Assembly: GCA_045837725.1 (NCBI GenBank)
Contig: JBEWZL010000188.1
Coordinates: 62,001 to 82,950 of the forward strand
Length of the DNA: 20,950 bases
Reading direction: 5' to 3'
Origin: Vermamoeba vermiformis
Taxonomy: Eukaryota
Part shown: positions 12,109-20,950 of the stretch, in pieces
How positions within the stretch are numbered: the first letter of the stretch is position 1
Layout: the number at the start of each line of letters is the position of its first letter
Notes under the pieces: generated by a model
Database searches by the model: none
Seen by the model: the letters and a program-made list of their open reading frames with translations, nothing else
What the model was told of the DNA's origin: nothing
Position numbers and translations under genes: made by a program

Positions 12109-12756
12109 GCGTAGAAGATAGATCCGTTTTTGGTGTGTAGTACAGATTCTCTTTTTTGGATAAATTTTTGCTTGTAATTTACTTTCGAACACATTTATTG
12201 CCTAATTTAGCTCTCCCTCCAAAATCCACAACGGAGCTGCCGAATTTTACAAGCCTACTTAAACAGGCGAAAAGACAGCAATGGCATGCAGAATTCGCTG
12301 CAACTGGCGAGGTTTTATGCATCTGCACGCAAAAGTTGCGAGTGACGCTGACTTCAGAAAGTGGTTACGTTCATTACGTAATGCTAAAAGCAAAGTTTTA
12401 GCGCGCACTTACGAACTGATTGTTTGGACTCAATCGGCAACACTACTATCGACCCTTTTGCCGTTTTATCGACATTGCCAATTAAAAGGAAGGATGATAC
12501 TTACGGCACCAATAGAAACGTAATATCTCTTGATACGCTGCTTGTTCGCCTGTACGGGATTATCTCTCCTGTTGGGACTGATTGTTCAGCTGTATCTGCG
12601 AGTTGATATCGTCTTGCTTTTGTGTTGTTACTATTGCATTAATTTAGTAACGGTGGAAGGGAACGGAGGCACGTGATCATTTCCTGGAAATTTCGCCCGA
12701 CAAAATCTGCTTGGCGCCAGTTTATTATCCTCAGTAACTTTTAACTAGTGACCAAG

Positions 12757-15530
12757 ATGACAATAACATGGGTCTTAGAATATAAATTAGACTCATCTAA
12801 AAAGTTCCAGTTAAGCCCAGGCCAAGACCTGACGTTAGGTCGAGACGCATTGCCTGAAGGTTCGCATTGCATCCTGCTAAAGATAATAAATGTACTAAAT
12901 TAGTATAGGCCTAAAGGATCGGAAAATAAGCAGGCAGCAATTGTATATAAAGGCTACGAATGAAGATCTCGAAGTTACTTTGGTAAAATTAATTTCAAAA
13001 ATGTCTAAAAATCGCAATTACCCTTGATTAATATAATATTATTAGAATGGCGCTAATCCATCGTGTTTCAAGCGAGAAAATGAATTACCACAGTTTGTGC
13101 CAAAAACAAATCCGGTCAAACTTCACAGCGGCGACAGTTTATTTATAATACTTGACGAACACGAATTTTCTGTTATAAAACACGATGATGAAGATACGAT
13201 TCCATTGCCAGAGGCAGATCTGCTCCAAAAACTTAATAGCAACGAGATCAATGCTACAGAAACGAGTAATCAGCCAATTTAGTCCATCAGTTGCCAAAAA
13301 AAGAAAAATATCGAGTATTTCTTCGGAACTGGACTCCGAAGCTACTCAAGTTGAAAGCGAGTTGGACAATAATAACGAAAGTAGCCCGCCTAAAAAACAA
13401 AAAATCGAGCATAACGTTAATAACAATAACAATAGTCCTAAAAATACAGCAACGCAAGATAATGCTAAGTTTGACGAATCTTTGGTAAGTAGGAGCAGAT
13501 CCAGCGCAGACAAATTAAGTAATTTTCAGATCGCAAGATCTGTTCTCCAATAACAATTGCTAACTAGATTTTATCTTATACTAACATATTTATATAGATT
13601 GATTCGTTATTAGCGATTGTTCCAGCAATTACTAGGGACATCGCAGTACGAGCGTTACAAAATAGAAACGGCAACATGGAATTAGCAGTAAATGACTTGC
13701 TCGATCAATATTTGCGTAATTCACCAGTCAAAGTCAAGCAAACAATCAAGGAAAATATTAAGCAGATAAATAGTGCCGCGACAGACAAAAAAATCAAGCC
13801 AGATCTGACGACAATGAATCAATTCAAAGAGGCCTATCGATTGAATAAAATCAAGTATAGTCAAGAAAAGGACAATATATCAATATCTCAATTAATGGAG
13901 TTGGTAAGTACTCGATTTTGTTTCAACGTTTTTGCTAATAGATCGGGATGTAGGTTGACGACGCTGAAGTTGCAGTTTTGACTACTTATAAAATACAAAT
14001 GGATTGGCTATTAGACCAATGTCCATCACTATTAACTATACCAGAAGTCGTTATAGCTCACGGCGATATAGTCCTGGTACGTAAAAATTGTCGGATCTAC
14101 TTCCGATTTTTTCTGACTTTTCAATGTAGGAGGCGCTACCAGACAATTTTCAATTGATTAAGCCATATGTACCTCAATATGGATGTCCTCATGGCAAAAT
14201 CATGGTGTTGTTTGGCAAGACTCATTTGCTCGTTATGATCTCAACCGGAAATTTGATCGAAGTCGATTACGAACGAAAAACAAACGTAAGTTTTCACTGA
14301 ACGATTACTAAAATTGATAAAATTATTAAGGTTTGTTAACAATTCGAAACTATTTTAGGGCGTTTGGTACCAAGTATTCCCGCTGAAAAATAATAATGCC
14401 AATGCCGAATCGTCAATGGGCAGTGATTTTAAATTGACATTGTACGATTATATTCTGCAATTAGGAATATCAAAGGCAATATGCAATCGATTGCACAAAT
14501 ACAATTTTGACGACGTAAGTGTCGGATCCGTTTTTGCTGACACGTGTCAAAGTGTCAAATTTTCTTACCTTTGCACGCAGGTTCTCGTACGATTAATCAC
14601 GTCGGTCCCTGGTACTCATAGCGGTGCTCAATTAGAGAAATATGGGCATATGAAACTACGAAAAGAATTGGCGCAGCATGTGCCGCAATTCAGCGAGCAG
14701 CAGATCTACAGCCAAGTACGCAATTGATCTCCATAACGTTAATTACTAATGCCATTTTATTTAATATATTTCGAGTATTGGATCGATCGATGACAAGTGG
14801 ATCCAAGAGTTTTCACAGAGCTGCGCTGGCGGGAAAAAATCAGTCAAATTGAACGTCATTTGGTACGCTCAAAATCAATACGTATTATTACGCAATATTA
14901 ATATTCGATATTGTTATATTTATAGGCCTAGCGTTGATTTTGTGAAAAATTGTGTTGACGGAATGGATGCGGGTGGTTCGCTTTGCTTGCCTGGCAAAAA
15001 TCTCAAACCGGCCGTTCAAAATTTATTTCAAAAGTATCAGCCGAGACAAAAAGAACGAGCTACAATCCCTCCTCATATTAAGGTACCTATCAAACATGAA
15101 TTAATGACGGATCTAACGATGACTTCATACAGACGTTTTTGAAGTTCAAAAAAAACGATGAACTAGAATGGCTCTGTTTAACGTCTGCAAATTTCTCAAA
15201 AGCTGCTTGGGGCGTATTGCAAAAGAGCGGTACTCAATTAACGATGAATAATTTTGAGGCACGTTATAATGCCGGATCCCGCTTGACCCTTTTATATCGA
15301 TCTATTCTATCTTGATCACGTACCAATCAAATTAAATATTTATTAATCTTTATTTTTCGTTTTAGATTGGAGTCCTGTTTTTGCCGTCATTACTGAAGAA
15401 ATCAATTTTCGTCGGCGAAGAATTGAACATCAGTGCCGATCGAATTACACTGCCAATTCCGTATTCAATTCCAGCACCTGTGTACAATATTGGAGAGCGG
15501 CCTTGGACTTGGGACGAGTTTCCAAAATAA
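12757..15530 (+). CDS. TDP1: Tyrosyl-DNA phosphodiesterase 1 with N-terminal FHA-like and UBA-like domains; one unresolved frame break at ~13280
   Basis: Both HxK catalytic motifs are present (YGCPHGKIMVLF...ISTGNL and PPHIKTF...LTSANFSKAAWG), along with LITSVPG, Q-ISSIGS, WPSVDFV, NNFEIGVLF and LPIPY...PW. The N-terminus LTLGRD...DRKISRQQL...GANPS is FHA-like. The model needs a GC-AG intron (15259-15365) and an intron ending AT (14716-14767). Confidence 0.9.
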
Positions 15531-15715
15531 ACTTGAATACGTAAGTTGGAACAACATTCATTTTGACACAAAGGACAGGACTGAGAATAAGTGAAATTTA
15601 TTATTATTAGGGCATACAAAAAATTACATACATATGATATTTTACCTTTGTATTGATACTGGCAAATACAGTACCAATACAGTTTGATTACAATCGATGT
15701 TTAAGCTTGAGTAGC

Positions 15716-18050
15716 TTAATCATTAGTTGTGGTGGTGTTTGTTCTGAGTGGAATTCCAAGAGTACTCAGCACTCTTTTGAATGCATCACGATCATTCACA
15801 ATTTGCATGACATGCTCTTCACTCAGTTGAATCCAAAGTGAGGTCTTGTCTGAGTGACCAATCACTGATGTCTCTGGGAGTTGAGTGTAGTTTGATCTTG
15901 GTATTCCAATATCAAGGTGCAATTCGTTCCAATTTGAAACAGCTTTTATGGCTTCAAGAGCCACTCCACATTCATTTGGATAATTACGCCAGCCATCTTT
16001 CAAATAATTCTTTGTGAATTTGTCCTTGTTATTCTTTTCGTTTTCGGGCAAATTGCTTTTTCTGTTCTCTTTTGGCGAGTGCAGGTAGATGCCAATTTTG
16101 AAGAGAATTCCACCTAAAATAATGTCGGTTCATGCAACTTTTAAACTGTCTACATACCATAAAAGCCAATCACATCAGGGCCATAATACTTTGAGGGAAG
16201 CAATAGCTCATTTTCATATTGAGTAAGCAACAGAAGGAGCTCACCCCAATATTCCACTTGGCACACCATTATTTTTTTCAAAGCATCAATCACTAGCTTG
16301 TTTCTTGCCTTGTTGTCTGAAAAGAGTTTCTCAAGAATTGTTCCTTTTAGTGCAACCTGTATTTTCTCAGGCTTGGCTTCTGTTAAACTTGATTTGCTTT
16401 AAAGTCTTGATTAATGTGCTAAACACAGCACTATGCTCCATTGAGGATCCCACACGAGTCCAGTTGTTTTGGAAAGGCTGGTTCAACCAATCAGGTGCTT
16501 TGTCATCAAAAACTACTCCTTTTAAAATTGGCAGATGTTGTATTTTATCAGTGTTGGGGAATTGGAGCTAAATGCAAAATTAGTAAAATTGCACTTGAAT
16601 GAGCACATACCATTAATGCAGCCACTAAGCACTCAAATGCATAGCCTTTCTTGCCACAGTTTGCATGGTGCATTGAGCCCACCAGTTTTTTCAAATCTTG
16701 TTCATATTCATCAATGAAAGGTGCTTCAATCTCCTTTAACCAGCTACGAAACACTTCAAATGAATATGGCTCCTCAATTGAGATGCAGTGTTCCTCATCT
16801 ATCAGCTTCACTGAGGCAAAGCCAAGATCGTCAATATTAATTCCAAGCTCAGTACACTTTTTGTCAGACACCTGCAAGTCTCCAATAGAGCTGCAGACAA
16901 AGAGTGTCTTTAACCAATCTCTCCCTGGTAGCAAGTTAGAAAATTGATTTGGACCTAAAAAAGTACTCACATTGCTTGTGAAGTTCTGTATCAGTTTTAA
17001 ACTTGTTTTCAAGTGCATTCAAGTGCTTTTCAACATAGTTCTTGGTTACCGTTTTCATGTCCTCAAGGCCAGCTTTAATGTAGTCTTGTAGTTGGGGAGA
17101 TGGTATGTTTGGCTTGGCATTAAAAATGAATTTGTTCAAATTTGCAGATCGTTGCATTCGTCCTTGTGCAAATAAGCCAATCTGAGATCTTAGATCCAAG
17201 TCATTGGCCAAACGTTCATGGTAGAATTGTGTGACAAAGGCAACAGCATCTTCTGGTGAGGCAACTGGGAATTGAAAATATTGGGACCTAAGAAGGGCAG
17301 AAAAATTTCGAATGGTTTGGTTACGTACTCTTTTGGTAAGCCAAGGAGTTCTCGAGCATAATCTCCTTCGTAGAAATTTCCCTTACTGTCCATTAATATA
17401 ATCTCTTTGTAGTCTTGGATCTTTTCTTTCTTGTCGAACTCGTAAAAGCCACGACCTTTCTCAAAGTCCAAGCCATTCTCTTTAATGAAGTCTCTAATAT
17501 GCTGAGGGTGGTTCACGCGCATCACTAGGAACCTACGGCACAAGGTTATAAGATAGTCGAGATCTGCGAACAGAATAATTTTTTTTAGATGTGCGGATGG
17601 CACTTACCGGGATTGGTTCGTAGTCTTAGCGGACCCATTTCTGTTTCTTTTAGTGCTATTCTTTTTAGGAGTGGCTTCTTTAATATCGAACTCATAATCG
17701 TCTTCGTTTTCCAGGGCTCCGTTCTCGATCGACTCAAAAACGAACTTCTCAGGTACCAAAAAAGACGTTCTTAGCTTGCGCGGTAATAATCTTTTTGCCT
17801 TCCTTGTCGATTTCATCTTGAGTAGTCACGTAATGAGTGACTCGATTCGTTATTGTATTTAGGACCTTTGAAAAAGTATTTAATCTCGCCGTAATTAATA
17901 AATAATCTTGTATTAAGGTACCTCGCCTCCTTTTGCGGTAATTTGGACTTTTAGATCCGAGGAGATGCCTGAGCCAAGAGCGAAAACGCATTCGTCGAAG
18001 ATCTTGGTCTTCTGCGCGTCAGTAGTTCTTCTTTTCTTTGTTCTTGGCAT
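15716..18050 (-). CDS. Chimeric gene or pseudogene: BRCT domain + truncated 'KGRGFYEF' domain + Crinkler-like (restriction-endonuclease-fold) C-terminal region
   Basis: Exons are 18050-17922, 17865-17608 (extra T at 17758-17763), 17532-17329, 17287-16971, 16924-16611, 16567-~16432, ~16379-16158 and 16113-15716. BRCT: IFDECVFAL...ITAKGGEVLNTITNRVTHYVT...VFLVPEKFVFESIENG..E..Y. Middle domain: IRDFIKENGLDFEKGRGFYEFDKKEKIQDYKEIILMD...GDYARELLGLP. C-terminal motifs: KGYAFECLVA and LLPSKYYGPDV. Confidence 0.6.
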
Positions 18051-18172
18051 AGAGCTGGTTGAAAATGTTAATATCTCTATATAAATTATCGAAAATGAAT
18101 TCCTTCTTCGAATTTAAGGCGACACCGCGATTTGGAATTTTCGTCCAGATCTGATCAAGCTTTCCAACATCA

Positions 18173-18194
18173 AGCGACTGCACGTGAAGTCGCT
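18173..18194. promoter_or_regulatory. 22-nt near-perfect palindrome centred on an E-box (AGCGACT-G-CACGTG-A-AGTCGCT)
   Basis: Read directly from the sequence, ~125 nt upstream of the ATG at 18050. A regulatory role is inferred from position only. Confidence 0.4.
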
Positions 18195-18358
18195 AGTAAT
18201 CTCTACGAATTTCGTGGAATGAATTGCGACCGGTGGCAATTAGATTGCGTTCATCGTAATCGGACAGATTCCTTTTTTGGAAATCGATCCAGATCCGATC
18301 TCATTTGACTATACTATCTTGCGCTCCGATGGTTATAATAGAAGAATTGAAGTATAAT

Positions 18359-20950
18359 TTACTTTCTCTTTAGAGCAGCAAATAAAGCGAAAGGATTACC
18401 GCTCAATTTTTTGACTTCAGCATTCAAGATCGCATCACCCGTATCAAACTGCTCGCTATTAATAGCTGCTTGAATGATGCCATAATCAAATACTCGTCGC
18501 ATTTCGATGAACTCTTTGATGCGTTCGTCGACCATGCAGCACGAAAGCAGCACCACGAAAGGTTTCGTCAAGCTGTAACTTAGATCCGGCGAGAACTTTG
18601 AAATCAACGGCAAGCACTTATCTCGCAGCTCTATAATAGTATTAACGTATGAAGGTCTTAATATACTATAATATATTTGCAGTTACCTTTCAGGTTGGCC
18701 TGTTGAAAAACAATTGCAGTACTGCCCGAGCCCTGGTAAAAAAAGAATTAATCGCTGTACAAAATAACATTTTTCCTTTTATAGTAATTACGCCGTATTG
18801 GATGCCGTAGGTAAATCCGAGGATAGTCAGGACACGAAGCGAAAATTCCAACATCTGCATTCAAAAACATTAACATTTTCACTGAACCCTGATTTCAATG
18901 AAAACTTACGTTATCTTCGCTCACATCCACAATTGGGAATTCAAATGCCGTGCTAGTTTTGTTCGGCAGTCTTGTAACGAGCACTGAGAAATATTCCAAG
19001 AACTTTTTGAAATATTAGTGTCGAATTTATCTTATTAAGCTTATTATGACTTACAGAAACGTGTTCGAAATCTTCCATATCTTCCTTAAGAATGGCGAGG
19101 TCTAGGTTCCACGAGAAGTCGAGCAAGTTGCGGATGATTTTCGCGGTGACTAATTTGTTCTCGATCGAAAGCGAGAACACCTGTAAGGATCAGCGTTAGT
19201 AGTGCTTATTATTGTTTAAAATAATCAAGGCGCCACTTAGATTGAATAAGATAAGGTTGAAAATTATCGGCGCTGAAAGGCGTATTCTCGCAGTACTACG
19301 CGGCTCTATAATCACGTGGATTTTCGATATCGTGAAAAGAGGGTGAGCTCCTCGGCTAAAATATTTTTGCAAATACTGGACACTATGACTATAATATGAA
19401 GAGCAGGAGATAGCCGAAGATACGTTCGCCTCGCGCAACAATTTCGACGAAAATTTTTTGGTCTATTTTTAAAAGTTGATTACTTACCACTGTGAACAAC
19501 TCGTACAATGCCTCAGCGGAGTCAAGACCAGTCTGCCTTCTGAACAATCGAGAGTAGTGCGACAAGCTATTGGTCACCAACATCAAGTAGTACGTGAGAT
19601 GTCGTTTGGTCAATAGCGGTGCAATAAGTTTGATTAATTCTGCGAATGGACGGATGAATCGTTCGTCAGGGAGTTTCAATCTGAACCAGGCCAATGCGAT
19701 GTGGAAGATTTGTTGAATGAACGGAAAGGAGTCTTTTTTCATCTCCAATGTCAATTTCATCAAATTGACCATGATTCGCTTGTAATTCAATTTGGCTACT
19801 TTCTAAATAATAAAATCTTGTTAGCAAAATTACGTAGCTTTGCATTATTTAGGAGATCCGAAAAAATGATTAGCTAACCATAGTTTTAGTTATAAATGGT
19901 AATTTTATCGATCTTAATAATAATAATAGTTTGAAAATACTTGCCCATTTAAGCCTAGATTCACCAACGTTTTCGGCAAACAACACATCCGCTGCAAAAA
20001 CTGAAGGAGCCTCAATGAACTCGTTACTCATTTCCTCGTCTTCAATATCATCAGCATCGTCCTTAGTCTGCTCTAATATTTCATCTGCGTCTTCATTGCT
20101 AAGACTATCTCCGCTCTGGATCCGTTTGAGAATTTGTTGAAAATACCTCCGAGAATGATCGGAGGTCTCCGGTAATATCGGCAACCCCTCGTTCGGTTGT
20201 ATATCTCGCATATCCGAGATACAGCTTTGTCCGTACAGCGCAAACCCTTCCTGAAAAAAGTTGACCACGTACTGCAGAATTTTCTGGGAATTTGCTTTGA
20301 AGTTCCATCCGAGAAGTTGCTTAATAATATCACCAATAAGACCGTAGAGCAGCGGAAGATCAACAACGAATTCTCTTCCTTTTTCTGCTTCTTCCAACAA
20401 TGCGGGTACTTCGCTGGTGAATTCTGGGCCAGCGACACCTTTGAGGCCTGATTCACTTCATTAGTTATGCGAAAAATACTACTAAAAATTCTATTATTTT
20501 GAGAAAATTGGGTGCTTTATGTAACTTACCAAGTCTGAAATAAATGTCCAATAACTCCGCTGGCGATAAAATTTTTCGTTTGAGAACTACTCTAAGCAAG
20601 GCGTGTTTGTAACGAGGAATAAACTAGCAAATAGTTAGTATTTATAAATAAATAGTTTATTAGTATTTTAATATAAGAACCAAGCAATCTTTACTTACGC
20701 TTGCCAGTCTTGTTCCGAATGCAGATCCGAGTTTACACAGCGAAATCAACAACGACTTGTTTTGTGCATCTATTGAAGACGAATCTAATAGCAGTTCAAT
20801 AATCGAGTTGTTCAATTTGTTAAATTTTTCGTCGTTGATTAGACCACTGTTTTCCTCGTTGATTAAACACAATATTGCCTCTACAAAAAATAGCCTAAAT
20901 AGTATTCATGAGTTTTCATGTCACATTAAGCCGACAATATAATAATGTAC
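18359..20950 (-). CDS. 3' part of a large Leu-rich alpha-helical (ARM/HEAT-like) protein of unknown family; the gene starts beyond the window
   Basis: Phase-consistent GT-AG exons join ORF pieces at ~20880-20698, 20624-20531, 20447-19879, 19802-19488, 19180-19054, ~19003-18910, 18855-18792, 18732-18687 and 18630-18359, ending ...SGNPFALFAALKRK*. I recognised no family motif. Confidence 0.7.

Noticed and set aside
16380-16431. Apparent frameshift in the Crinkler-like region
   Set aside because: It can be resolved by a 52-nt GT-AG intron (16431-16380). The similar break at 16970-16925 is a clear GTGAGT...CTAAC...CAG intron.
553-20451. Antisense and overlapping ORFs from the track (e.g. 553-765, 2090-2359, 3876-4226, 5646-6062, 6836-7352, 9577-10034, 11354-11698, 16651-16947, 19196-19441, 20073-20456)
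   Set aside because: They are shadows of real exons or low-complexity intronic/intergenic frames with no recognisable motifs.
1-20950. Prokaryotic-type systems (CRISPR, operons, defence islands), tRNA/rRNA genes, or a variant genetic code
   Set aside because: The DNA is intron-rich and eukaryotic, with no repeat-spacer array or structural-RNA signature. TAA, TAG and TGA each end a conserved gene, so the standard code fits.

Overview
Gene-dense, AT-rich eukaryotic nuclear DNA with many short (~40-150 nt) spliceosomal introns. The gene content and intron style suggest a free-living protist, possibly an amoebozoan (inference only). I assembled nine spliced genes by hand: ATG11/RB1CC1 (-, runs off the left end), DCAF11/WDR23 (-), a membrane-anchored JmjC dioxygenase (+), CRIPT (-), an LBP/BPI-family protein (+), Hikeshi/OPI10 (+), an FHA-UBA-TDP1 (+), a chimeric BRCT + 'KGRGFYEF' domain + Crinkler-like nuclease-fold gene (-), and an unassigned helical protein (-, runs off the right end). 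The most notable observations are: the chimera, whose 3' half is strongly CpG-depleted and spliced in frame to a host-like 5' half; a CGGATC motif recurring just downstream of 5' splice sites; a U12-like intron; GC-AG and apparent GT-AT introns in TDP1; and two single-T frameshifts that may be assembly errors. I recognised no rRNA, tRNA, CRISPR array or intact transposon. All family calls come from motif recognition, not database searches.
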